A DNA stretch of 64,000 bases, taken from positions 4,582 to 68,581 of the forward strand of contig JBMFWS010000006.1 in assembly GCA_049965035.1 (NCBI GenBank), read 5' to 3'. Each line of letters begins with the position of its first letter. Positions within the stretch are counted from its first letter, which is position 1. The translations under genes were made by a program, and so were the position numbers. The notes under the pieces are model-generated. The model made no database searches. It had not been told where the DNA came from and saw nothing but the letters and a program-made list of their open reading frames with translations. The stretch is from Acidimicrobiales bacterium (GTDB taxonomy: Bacteria; Actinomycetota; Acidimicrobiia; Acidimicrobiales; RAAP-2). Positions 55,318-64,000 of the stretch are shown here, one piece after another.

Positions 55318-58300
55318 ATGGTGTTCGAGCCGGTCAGCGCTGAGCTGGATTTCGCGTCGCTGGAGGAGGACCAGCTCGCGCGCTGGAAGCAGCACGACGT
55401 CTTCGCACGCTCGATGGCGCAGCGGGCGGGCGCGGAGCCCTGGGTGTTCTACGAGGGCCCACCAACCGCCAACGGGATGCCCGGCCTCCACCACGTATGG
55501 GCTCGCGTGTACAAGGACCTGTTCTGCCGGTACCAGACCATGCGGGGACGCCGCGTCGACCGTCGAGCCGGCTGGGACACCCACGGTCTGCCCGTCGAGG
55601 TACAGGTGGAGCGGCAGCTCGGGATCACCGGCAAGCGTGACATCGTCGAGAAGGTCGGCGTGGCCGAGTTCGTGCGCCAGTGCCGCGCCTCGGTGATGAC
55701 GTACGTGGGCGAGTTCGAACGCCTGACCGAGCGCATCGGCTACTGGACCGACATGGAGAACGCCTACTTCACCTTCAGTCCCAGCTACGTGGACTCGGTG
55801 TGGTGGCACCTGCGCCAGCTGTTCGACCGCGACCTGCTCTACGAGGACTTGAAGGTTGTGCCCTACTGTCCCCGGTGCGGCACCGCGCTGTCGAGCCACG
55901 AGCTCGGACAGCCCGACGTCTACCGCGATGAGGTGGACGAGAGCGCGACCGTGCGCCTCGAGGTGCTCGACGCGGCCGAGCACGGGCTCGGCTCGGTGCG
56001 GTCGCTCCTGGTGTGGACGACGACGCCCTGGACCCTCCCGTCCAACGTGGCGGTGGCGGTGAACCCGGAGATCACCTACGCCGTCGTCGACGGGCAGGTG
56101 CTGGCGGCCGACCTGGTCGAGGCGGTCCTGGGGGACGTCGAGGTCACCGAGACGGTGCTGGGCTCAGCGCTCGTCGGGCTGCACTACCGCCGGCCCTTCG
56201 ATGTGGTGGTGCTGCCCGAGGACGTCGACGCGTGCTACGTCGTGGCGGCGTCGTACGTCACGACCGAGGAGGGGACGGGCCTGGTGCACCAGGCCCCCGC
56301 CTTCGGCGAGGTCGACCGCGTCGTGGCCCGCGAGAACGGCCTGCCGACGGTGAACCCGGTCGGCCCCGATGGCGCATTCACCGCCGCGGCGGGCTGGCTG
56401 GCCGGTCGTCGCGTGCGGGAGGCCAACCACGACATCAACGACGATCTCGAGCGCCGCGGCCTGCTGGTGCGCCGAGAGGACTACGCCCACGCGCTGCCGC
56501 ACTGCTGGCGCTGCGGCACCATCCTCATCTACTGGGGCAAGCCCAGCTGGTACATCGCGACCAGCCGGCTCAAGGACCTCATGATGTCGGAGAACAGCCA
56601 CGTGGACTGGCATCCCGCCCACATCCGGGACGGGCGCTTCGGCGAGTGGCTGGCCAACAACGTCGACTGGGCCCTGTCGCGCGATCGCTTCTGGGGCACG
56701 CCCCTGCCGGTGTGGCGCTGTGGCCAGGACCACGTGACCTTCGTGGGCTCGCGCGCCGAGCTCGGGGAGCTCGCCGGTCGGGACCCCGCCACCATCGAGC
56801 CCCACCGTCCCGACATCGACGAGGTCACCTTCGCCTGCCCGAGCTGCGGGGAGCTCGCTCGTCGCGTCGAGCCGGTCATCGACGCCTGGTTCGACTCGGG
56901 AGCCATGCCGTCGGCGCAGGTGGGCTACCCGCTGGTGCCCGGCTCTAAGGACGCGCGCCAGTTCCCGGCCGACCTGGTCGCCGAGGCGATCGACCAGACG
57001 CGGGGCTGGTTCTACTCGCTCCTGGCGGTCAACACTTTGGTGTTCGGCCACAGCCCGTACCGCCACGTCCTGTGCCTGGGGCACATCGTGGACGCCCAGG
57101 GACGCAAGATGAGCAAGTCGGTGGGCAACGTCATCGATCCCTGGACGGTGCTGACCACGCGAGGCGCCGACGCGCTGCGGTGGTGGATGTTCTCCCAGGG
57201 CTCACCGTGGACGTCGACCCGGGCCAGCCTCGAGGTCATCGACCTGGCGATGCGCGAGATGCTGGGCACGCTGTGGAACACGGTCAGCTTCTTCACGACC
57301 TACGCCTCGCTCAATGGCTTCGACCCCGCAGACCCGGCGATCCCTCCAGCGTCCGAGCGTCCCGCCCTGGACCGGTGGATCCTCTCGCGGCTCGAGGGCC
57401 TCACGACCGCCGTGACCGCAGCCCTCGACGGCTACGAGCCCCTGCCCGGGACCGACGCCCTGCGCGCCTTCGTCGATGACCTGTCGAACTGGTACGTGCG
57501 CCGGAGTCGTCGTCGCTTCTGGCGCACCGACGCCAGCACGCCGCGCAGCGACTCGCTGGCCGCCCACGCCACGATGCTCGAGGTGCTGCAGCGCCTCGCG
57601 CTGCTGCTCGCCCCGGTGACGCCCTTCCTCGCCGACCGTCTCTACCACCTGGTCAACGAGGTGTCGGCCGAGGACTCGGTGCACCTCCAGGACTGGCCGA
57701 GCGCCGTCTATGACGTGGACCGCACCTTGGAGGCCGAGATGTCGATGGCGCGGCACCTCACGTCGCTCGGCCGCGCGGGTCGGGCCGAAGCGGGGGTGAA
57801 GGTGCGCCAGCCGCTGCGACGCGCGCTCGTGTTCCTGCCCGCCGACGCCGTGCGGCCACCGGCGGGCGTGGTGGAAGACGAGCTCAACGTCGATCTCCTG
57901 GAGTTCCGCCCCGACCCGGGAGACGTCCTGACCTTCGAGCTGGTGCCGCGATTCGCGGTCTTGGGGCCCCGACTGGGCGATGCCGTCAAGGAGCTACGCG
58001 GGGCCCTGGCCCGGATCGACTCGGCGGCGGCGGCCGACGTGCTGGAGTCCGGCGGGCGCATCTCGGTGGCCCTGGCCGACACGACCGTCGAGCTGGGGCT
58101 CGAGGAGCTCGAGCTGCGCGTGCGCAGTCAGGGCGGGTTCGCCGTCTCGCGTGACGGGACCGCGGTGGTGGCCCTCGACCTCGAGATCGACGACGACCTG
58201 CGCCGCCGCGGGCTGCTGCGCGACGTGGTGCGCCAGGTGCAGGACCTGCGCAAGGGTCAGGGATTCGACATCGCTGACCGCATCGAGCTCTGGGTGACCG

Positions 58301-58449
58301 GGCTCGACGACCTGGCTGGTGAGTGGCCCGTGCTGGCCCGGGAGGTGCTGGCGACGGCCGTGCACGAGAGCGCGGGCGAGGGCCCGGGGTTCGCGCTCGA
58401 GCTGGACGGTCGTGACGCGCGGGTCTGGCTGCGCGTCAGCCCGCGTTGA
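55318..58449 (+). CDS. ileS: Isoleucine--tRNA ligase, type 2
   Basis: FYEGPPTANGMPGLHH, GWDTHGLPVE, WTTTPWT, SRDRFWGTP, DQTRGWFY, KMSKS, NWYVRRSRRRFW; no C-terminal Zn finger. Confidence 0.96.
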   Translation: MVFEPVSAELDFASLEEDQLARWKQHDVFARSMAQRAGAEPWVFYEGPPTANGMPGLHHVWARVYKDLFCRYQTMRGRRVDRRAGWDTHGLPVEVQVERQLGITGKRDIVEKVGVAEFVRQCRASVMTYVGEFERLTERIGYWTDMENAYFTFSPSYVDSVWWHLRQLFDRDLLYEDLKVVPYCPRCGTALSSHELGQPDVYRDEVDESATVRLEVLDAAEHGLGSVRSLLVWTTTPWTLPSNVAVAVNPEITYAVVDGQVLAADLVEAVLGDVEVTETVLGSALVGLHYRRPFDVVVLPEDVDACYVVAASYVTTEEGTGLVHQAPAFGEVDRVVARENGLPTVNPVGPDGAFTAAAGWLAGRRVREANHDINDDLERRGLLVRREDYAHALPHCWRCGTILIYWGKPSWYIATSRLKDLMMSENSHVDWHPAHIRDGRFGEWLANNVDWALSRDRFWGTPLPVWRCGQDHVTFVGSRAELGELAGRDPATIEPHRPDIDEVTFACPSCGELARRVEPVIDAWFDSGAMPSAQVGYPLVPGSKDARQFPADLVAEAIDQTRGWFYSLLAVNTLVFGHSPYRHVLCLGHIVDAQGRKMSKSVGNVIDPWTVLTTRGADALRWWMFSQGSPWTSTRASLEVIDLAMREMLGTLWNTVSFFTTYASLNGFDPADPAIPPASERPALDRWILSRLEGLTTAVTAALDGYEPLPGTDALRAFVDDLSNWYVRRSRRRFWRTDASTPRSDSLAAHATMLEVLQRLALLLAPVTPFLADRLYHLVNEVSAEDSVHLQDWPSAVYDVDRTLEAEMSMARHLTSLGRAGRAEAGVKVRQPLRRALVFLPADAVRPPAGVVEDELNVDLLEFRPDPGDVLTFELVPRFAVLGPRLGDAVKELRGALARIDSAAAADVLESGGRISVALADTTVELGLEELELRVRSQGGFAVSRDGTAVVALDLEIDDDLRRRGLLRDVVRQVQDLRKGQGFDIADRIELWVTGLDDLAGEWPVLAREVLATAVHESAGEGPGFALELDGRDARVWLRVSPR

Positions 58450-58888
58450 GGGCGCCCAGCAGCTGCAGCAGCTGGGCGCGCTCGGCCGCGTCGAGGCGCT
58501 GGGCGAGCCGGGAGTCGAGGAACGCGATGTGCGCCAGCTTGGACTGGGCGAGGCGCTCGCGTCCCGCGTCGGTGAGTGCCACGTGGATGGCCCGACGATC
58601 CGAGGGGCACAGCTGGCGCGCGACCAGTCCCGCCTCCTCCAGGCGGTCGACGAGTCGCGTGGTGCCGCCCGAGGAGTGCACGATCGCGTCGGCCACCTCG
58701 GTCATGCGCAGGTGACCCTCGGGCGCCTCCTCGAGGCGCAGCATGACCTCGAACCAGGCCAGGGGCACGGCGCCGCGCGCCTCCATCTCGAGATCGAGGT
58801 CCCGGGCGAGGCGGGCCGTCGTCTCCCACAGGAGGGCGAACAGCACGACCCGCTCGTCGCGAGCGCACGCTGCGATGTCCGTTGTCAC
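58436..58888 (-). CDS. MarR-family regulator
   Basis: WFEVMLRL...LRMTEVA...SSGGTTRLVDRLEEAGLVARQLCPSDRR. Confidence 0.92.
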   Translation of the reverse strand: MTTDIAACARDERVVLFALLWETTARLARDLDLEMEARGAVPLAWFEVMLRLEEAPEGHLRMTEVADAIVHSSGGTTRLVDRLEEAGLVARQLCPSDRRAIHVALTDAGRERLAQSKLAHIAFLDSRLAQRLDAAERAQLLQLLGALNAG

Positions 58889-58988
58889 GAAACTATTGTA
58901 GCAGCAGTAACATGTTTTGCAACTACTGCGTGACAAGTAGTTAGCAACGCAAGTATACTCGGAAGCACTCACACAACAAGGAGCAATC
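58889..58988. promoter_or_regulatory. AT-rich divergent promoter between marR and yceI with an inverted repeat
   Basis: GCAGTA...TACTGC repeat, minus-strand TACAAT, plus-strand TATACT and an AAGGAG RBS. Confidence 0.55.
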
Positions 58989-59561
58989 ATGACCAGCACC
59001 GAAACCGACGTGCGCAACGTCAACCTGCCGGCCCCCGGCATCTACACGGTCGACGCCGTGCACTCGTCGATCGGCTTCGTCGCCCGTCACCTCGTGGCCG
59101 CGAAGGTCCGCGGGAACTTCACGCAGTTCGCCGGGACGATCACCATTGGCGAGACGCTCGAGACGACCTCGGTCGAGGCGACGGTCGAGGCCGCCAGCAT
59201 CACCACGAACAACGAGATGCGCGACAACCACGTGCGCAGCGCGGACTTCCTCGACCTGGAGAACCACCCCCAGTTCACCCTGAAGTCGACGCGCCTGATC
59301 GCGAAGGGTGGCAACGACTTCGAGCTGGTGGCTGACCTGACCATCCGCGGCATCACCAAGTCGGTGACCTTCGACCTGGAGTACCTGGGCACCAACCCCG
59401 GCATGGCGGCGGGCGTAACGGTGGTCGGGTTCGAGGCGACGGCCACGGTCGACCGGCGCGACTTCGACGTCAAGTGGGACGCCGCGCTGGAGAATGGCAG
59501 CCTCGTCGTGGGCAACCGCGTGACCCTGGAGCTGTCGGTGGAGGCCTCTAAGCAGGACTGA
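58989..59561 (+). CDS. YceI-family protein
   Basis: VDAVHSSIGFVARHL..AKVRGNF, RDNHVRSADFLD, LTIRGITK, VDRRDF. Confidence 0.93.
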   Translation: MTSTETDVRNVNLPAPGIYTVDAVHSSIGFVARHLVAAKVRGNFTQFAGTITIGETLETTSVEATVEAASITTNNEMRDNHVRSADFLDLENHPQFTLKSTRLIAKGGNDFELVADLTIRGITKSVTFDLEYLGTNPGMAAGVTVVGFEATATVDRRDFDVKWDAALENGSLVVGNRVTLELSVEASKQD

Positions 59562-59574
59562 CCTGGTCCGGTCC

Positions 59575-59620
59575 CGACGCCACGAGGGGCGGGGCGCATG
59601 CCCCGCCCCTCGTGGCGTCG
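59575..59620 (+). terminator. 21-bp-stem hairpin after yceI
   Basis: CGACGCCACGAGGGGCGGGGC-GCAT-GCCCCGCCCCTCGTGGCGTCG. Confidence 0.7.
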
Positions 59621-59665
59621 AGTCGCGGCAGCGAGGGCTGCTCGCGTGCCTGGCAGACTGGTCCC

Positions 59666-61030
59666 ATGCCGTTCATCTCCTCCAATCCGGCCACGGGCGA
59701 GATCCTCGCCGAGTACCCCGTAGCCTCCGCGGCCGAGCTCGAGGCGCGCCTGGGGACGGCCGGGGCCGCCTTTCGGACCTGGCGTGCCACCTCGATCGAG
59801 GACCGCGCCCTCGTCATGACCCGCGCGGCCGAGCTCATCGAGAGCGAGATCCCGGTGATCGGCGAGATGCTGACCCGCGAGATGGGCAAGACCTTCGCGG
59901 CCGCCAAGGGTGAGGCGTCCAAGTGCGCACTGGCGATGCGCTACTTCGCGCAGAACGCGGCGCGCTTCCTCGCCCCCGAGGCCGTGGCGGCCGGCGGGCG
60001 CCGCAGTGGGGTCCGCTTCGACCCGGTGGGCCCGATCCTGGCCATCATGCCCTGGAACTTCCCCCTGTGGCAGGTCGTGCGCTTCGGCGTCCCCACGATC
60101 ATGGCGGGCAACGTCGTGCTCCTCAAGCACGCGCCCAATGTCCCCACCAGCGCGCAGTTCCTCGAGGACCTCTTCACGCGATCGGGATTCCCCGCGGGCG
60201 TGCTGACGAACCTCTTCGTCGAGGTTGACATCGTCGGCGAGCTCATCGCCGACCCCCGCGTGGCCGGGGTCACGCTGACCGGCTCGGAGCGGGCCGGCCG
60301 CTCGGTGGCCAGCCTGGCCGGCGCCCATCTGAAGAAGTGCGTGCTGGAGCTCGGCGGCTCGGACCCCTTCGTCGTGGCCGCGCACGCCGACCTCGATCTG
60401 GCGGTGAGCCAGGCGGTGATCGGGCGCATCCAGAACAACGGGCAGGCCTGCATCGCGGCCAAGCGCTTCATCGTCGTGCGCGATCGCGCCGACGAGTTCC
60501 TCGACCGCTTCGCGGCCGCGATGGCGGCGGTGCGCACGGGTGATCCGATGGATCCCGAGGTCGAGCTCGGCCCCCTCGTCTCGCGCCCCCAGCTCGACCA
60601 GCTGGCCGCACAGGTCGCCTCATCGGTCGCCGCGGGCGCGGTCGTGCGCACGGGCGGCAGCGTGCTGGACCGGCCCGGGTTCTACTACGCGCCCACGGTG
60701 CTGAGCGACGTCCCGGCCGACTCGCGCGCTGGCTGCGAGGAGCTCTTCGGCCCGGTCGCGACGGTCAACGTCGCCGACGACCTGGAGCACGCCATCGCCC
60801 TGGCCAACGACTCGCCGTGGGGGCTGGGCGGATCGATCTGGTCCACCGACGATGCCGAGATCGACCAGGCGATCGAGGGGCTCGAGTGCGGTGTCGTCTT
60901 CGCCAACGGCATCGTCGCCTCCATGCCCGAGCTGCCCTTTGGCGGCACGAAGAACTCGGGGTTTGGACGGGAGCTGTCGGTCTGGGGCGTCCGCGAGTTC
61001 ACCAACGTCAAGTCCTTCCACGTGTCATGA
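59666..61030 (+). CDS. NAD(P)-dependent succinate-semialdehyde dehydrogenase (GabD1/Sad type)
   Basis: IMPWNFPLWQV, LLKHA, LTGSERAG, LELGGSDPF, NNGQACIAAKRF, EELFGPV. Confidence 0.9.
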   Translation: MPFISSNPATGEILAEYPVASAAELEARLGTAGAAFRTWRATSIEDRALVMTRAAELIESEIPVIGEMLTREMGKTFAAAKGEASKCALAMRYFAQNAARFLAPEAVAAGGRRSGVRFDPVGPILAIMPWNFPLWQVVRFGVPTIMAGNVVLLKHAPNVPTSAQFLEDLFTRSGFPAGVLTNLFVEVDIVGELIADPRVAGVTLTGSERAGRSVASLAGAHLKKCVLELGGSDPFVVAAHADLDLAVSQAVIGRIQNNGQACIAAKRFIVVRDRADEFLDRFAAAMAAVRTGDPMDPEVELGPLVSRPQLDQLAAQVASSVAAGAVVRTGGSVLDRPGFYYAPTVLSDVPADSRAGCEELFGPVATVNVADDLEHAIALANDSPWGLGGSIWSTDDAEIDQAIEGLECGVVFANGIVASMPELPFGGTKNSGFGRELSVWGVREFTNVKSFHVS

Positions 61031-62181
61031 CCTCGGCCTACCTCGACTACGCCGCCTCGGCCCCTCGCCGCGACGACGTCTACGCGGCCATGGAGCCGTG
61101 GCTGCACGGTGTGGTGGGCAATCCGTCGGGGGCCCACGGCGAGTCCCGCCGCGCCGCGCGCGCGCTCGAGGAGGCTCGCGATGAGGTGGCCGAGCTGGTC
61201 GGGTCGCCTCCGGGCGGCGTGGTCTTCACCGGAGGCGGGACCGAGTCGTGCCACCTGGCGATCGCCGGCGTCACCCAGGAGGCCGTGCGTCGCACGGGGC
61301 GGGCGCACGTCGTGGTGTCGGCCATCGAGCACCACGCCGTCCTCGACGCGGCGTTCGCGCTGGCCGCGCAGTCCGCGGCGGTGCGCGTCGCCCCGAGCCC
61401 CGTTCGGGCCGATGGCGTGGTCGACGCTGACGTGCTGGCCAGCCTGCTGGAGACCTCGACCGCCCTGGTCAGCGTGATGACCGCCAACAACGAGACCGGC
61501 GTCGTCGAGCCCATCGCCCAGCTCGCGGCTCGGGTGCACCAGGAGTCGGCCGCGGTGTTCCACACCGATGCCGTGGCCGCCGCGCCGTGGCTCGACTTGC
61601 GCACCGCGACCGCGGGGGCCGACCTGGTCTCCCTGTGCGCCCACAAGCTCGGCGGTCCGGTCAACAGCGGCGCGCTGGTCCTGCGACGGCCCGTCGACCT
61701 GGCGGCGGTCAGTGCGGGGGGTGGACAGGAGCGTGGTCGCCGGGGAGGCACGGTGGACGTGGCCGCCGCGGTGGGACTGGCCGCGGCGCTGCGGGTGCAC
61801 GATCGCGAGCGCCAGCAGATCACGGACCGCGTGCGGGGCCTGCGCGACCGGCTCGAGCGAGCCGTCGCCGCGCTGCCCGGCTGCCAGGTGACCGCCGCAG
61901 GGACCGAGCGCCTGGCGGGCACCACCCACCTGACCTTCGAGTCGCTCGCCGCCGATGAGCTGGTTTTCCTGCTCGACGAGGCGGGGGTGTGCGCGTCGGC
62001 GGGCGCCGCCTGCTCGAGTGGGGCCACGGCCGTCAGTCACGTGCTGGTGGCGATGGGGATGGATCCCGCCCGCGCGGGAGGCTCGGTACGCCTCACCCTG
62101 GGCTACGCCACGACCCCGGCCGAGGTCGATCAGGCCGTGGAGGCCCTGGGCTGGGCCGTCCACCGGTTGCGGGCCGGCTGA
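61027..62181 (+). CDS. Cysteine desulfurase (IscS/NifS type)
   Basis: YLDYAAS, FTGGGTE, IEHHAV, ANNETG, HTDAV, AHKLGGP, SAGAACSSG. Confidence 0.93.
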   Translation: MTSAYLDYAASAPRRDDVYAAMEPWLHGVVGNPSGAHGESRRAARALEEARDEVAELVGSPPGGVVFTGGGTESCHLAIAGVTQEAVRRTGRAHVVVSAIEHHAVLDAAFALAAQSAAVRVAPSPVRADGVVDADVLASLLETSTALVSVMTANNETGVVEPIAQLAARVHQESAAVFHTDAVAAAPWLDLRTATAGADLVSLCAHKLGGPVNSGALVLRRPVDLAAVSAGGGQERGRRGGTVDVAAAVGLAAALRVHDRERQQITDRVRGLRDRLERAVAALPGCQVTAAGTERLAGTTHLTFESLAADELVFLLDEAGVCASAGAACSSGATAVSHVLVAMGMDPARAGGSVRLTLGYATTPAEVDQAVEALGWAVHRLRAG

Positions 62182-62226
62182 GCGTTGGGGGGCCGCTCGG
62201 CCCATCCCGACTGGCAGACTGGCGCC

Positions 62227-63282
62227 ATGCGGGTGCTCGTGGCGATGAGCGGGGGGGTGGACTCGTCGGTGGCCGCCGCCTTGTTGGCCGACCAGGGCCA
62301 CGACGTGGTGGGCGCCACCTTGAAGCTGTGGGGTGGCGCCGGCGACTCGGGGTGCTGCTCGGTGGGAGACGTCGAGGACGCCCGCCGTGTGGCCCAGGTG
62401 CTCGGCATCGAGCATCACGTCTTCTCCTACACCGAGGAGTTCCGCGCCCGCGTGGTCGAGCCCTACGTGCGGGCGCACGCCGAGGGGCGCACGCCGAATC
62501 CCTGCATCGACTGCAATCGCCACGTGAAGTTCGACCTGCTGGCCGAGCGAGCACGGCGTCTCGGGTTCGACGCCCTGGCCACGGGCCACTACGCGCGCAT
62601 CGTGACCCGCCACGGGGCGGCGGCCCTGGGCCGGGGCGTCGACGCCGCCAAGGACCAGAGTTACGTCCTGGCCTACCTGAAGAGCGAGCTGCTGGACTAC
62701 CTGGTCCTGCCCCTGGGCGAGATGCGCAAGTCCGAGGTGCGCGCCCGAGCCGCGGTGGCTGGACTGCGCACCTGGGACAAGCCGGACAGCCAGGACGTGT
62801 GCTTCATCGAGTCGGCGACCGGGCGCGCCGGATTCCTGGGTCGACGCCTCGAGATGACGCCGGCCACGGTCGTCGACCGCGACTCGGGCACTGTCCTCGG
62901 CCAGGTGGACGCCGCCGAGCTCGTGACCGTCGGCCAGCGCCGCCACGTTCCCTCGCCCGACGGCGCACGGCGCTACGTGACGCGCGTCGACGTGGTGGGC
63001 CGACGGGTCGAGGTGTCCCCACTGGCCGGTGCCTTACGCACGCGCGTCGCGCTGGTGCCGGGCAGCCTGAGTGCCGTCGGCGAGCCCTTGGGCGATGGAC
63101 CCGTCTGGGTCCAGGTCAGCGCCCACGCCCGGCCCCAGGCCGCCCACCTGCGACTCCAGGGCGCCGGCGTGGTGGAGCTCGCGGCACCCATCCGGCCGGT
63201 GGCGCCGGGCCAGACGGTCGCCTTCTACCACCACGACGACCCCGACGTCGTGGCCGGAGCCGCGCTGGTGGCGTCCCCGTGA
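62227..63282 (+). CDS. mnmA: tRNA 2-thiouridine(34) synthase
   Basis: AMSGGVDSS, TPNPCIDCN, ATGHYA, KDQSY, DSQDVCF, VAPGQ. Confidence 0.96.
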   Translation: MRVLVAMSGGVDSSVAAALLADQGHDVVGATLKLWGGAGDSGCCSVGDVEDARRVAQVLGIEHHVFSYTEEFRARVVEPYVRAHAEGRTPNPCIDCNRHVKFDLLAERARRLGFDALATGHYARIVTRHGAAALGRGVDAAKDQSYVLAYLKSELLDYLVLPLGEMRKSEVRARAAVAGLRTWDKPDSQDVCFIESATGRAGFLGRRLEMTPATVVDRDSGTVLGQVDAAELVTVGQRRHVPSPDGARRYVTRVDVVGRRVEVSPLAGALRTRVALVPGSLSAVGEPLGDGPVWVQVSAHARPQAAHLRLQGAGVVELAAPIRPVAPGQTVAFYHHDDPDVVAGAALVASP

Positions 63283-64000
63283 CGTCGCCGGCCGAGCGTG
63301 CGGCGTGGCTCCGCGGTGAGCTCGACCGGCTGGCGCGCGCGTACTACACGGGGCCCGCGCCCGAGGTCCCCGACGCGGACTACGACGCCCTGGTTCGCGA
63401 GCTCGCGCAGCTGGAGGACGAGCACCCCGAGCTGGCCAGCGACCAGTCACCCACCCAGCGGGTGGGGGCGGCTCCGGACACCGCCTTCTCGCCGGTCGCA
63501 CACCTCGAGCCCATGCTCAGCCTCGACAACGCCTTCAGCGATGACGAGGTGCGCGCCTGGGTGGACCGGCTGACGCGCGCGGGTGTGCCCGGTCCCGACC
63601 TCGCCTACGTCGTCGAGCCCAAGATCGACGGCCTGGCGCTGGCCTTGACCTACGAGGGAGGGCGTCTCGTGCGGGCGGGCACGCGCGGCGACGGCCGGGT
63701 GGGAGAGGACGTCACCGCGAACGTCCGGACCGTGGCCAGCGTGCCCGCGGTGCTGCCCGCCGCGCCGGGACGTCTGGAGGTGCGCGGGGAGGTCTATCTG
63801 GCCAAGGCGGACTTCGCGGCCCTGAACGCGCAGCAGTTGCGGGCGGGCGAGCGCACCTTCGCCAACCCCCGCAACGCCGCCGCGGGGAGCCTGCGCCAGA
63901 AGGACCCGGCCGTCACGGCGGGACGGCCGCTCTCGTTCCTCGCGTACCAGATCGTGGGCGCGGGGCCCACCGGGAGCGCGACCAGCCAGCACGAGGTCCT
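63279..64000 (+). CDS. ligA: NAD-dependent DNA ligase, 5' part (runs off the window)
   Basis: YY...VPDADYD, SPTQRVG, MLSLDNAF, EPKIDG, TRGDGRVGEDVT, EVRGEV, FANPRNAAAGSLRQ; GTGA overlap with mnmA. Confidence 0.96.
   Translation, partial: MTSPAERAAWLRGELDRLARAYYTGPAPEVPDADYDALVRELAQLEDEHPELASDQSPTQRVGAAPDTAFSPVAHLEPMLSLDNAFSDDEVRAWVDRLTRAGVPGPDLAYVVEPKIDGLALALTYEGGRLVRAGTRGDGRVGEDVTANVRTVASVPAVLPAAPGRLEVRGEVYLAKADFAALNAQQLRAGERTFANPRNAAAGSLRQKDPAVTAGRPLSFLAYQIVGAGPTGSATSQHEV

Noticed and set aside
1-64000. Many long antisense and alternate-frame ORFs in the track (e.g. 2974-5004, 38377-40593, 60685-62946)
   Set aside because: These are shadow ORFs expected at very high GC; they overlap well-supported genes and lack family motifs.

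Overview
A very GC-rich actinobacterial chromosomal segment. Acidimicrobiia is the likely class, inferred from the GYW/GYL-repeat secreted protein and the gene content. I found no rRNA, tRNA, CRISPR array or intact mobile element. From 1 to 19 kb lies an accessory stress and metal region: a ChrB-domain gene with an MFS transporter, MarR with an MFS transporter, DUF885, two DsrE proteins and several decayed genes (methyltransferase, an acr3-arsC chimera, pirin, a frameshifted secreted protein). Within it is a compact uncharacterised cluster at 8.4-14 kb: pncB, DUF488, DUF59/SufT, DUF2249, a His-containing polytopic membrane protein, a hemerythrin-DUF2249 fusion and a 3-Cys ArnR/SufR-like regulator. 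All four promoters of this cluster carry a TTC-N12-GAA inverted repeat or a one-base variant, making it the best candidate for an undescribed system (a self-contained NO/O2-sensing, Fe-S-protection regulon). Next is a his locus with divergent hisA, a YerC/TrpR-like regulator, a short HisD and a HisC-HisB fusion. After that come glutamate dehydrogenase, an F420 LLM enzyme, a heterodimeric ABC exporter, a nucleobase salvage cluster and a polyamine uptake/catabolism cluster with ald. The window ends with a type-2 IleRS carrying a GLHH motif, MarR/YceI, SSADH, a cysteine desulfurase, mnmA and the 5' part of ligA. Many genes look leaderless. All calls rest on motif recognition by eye; no searches were run.
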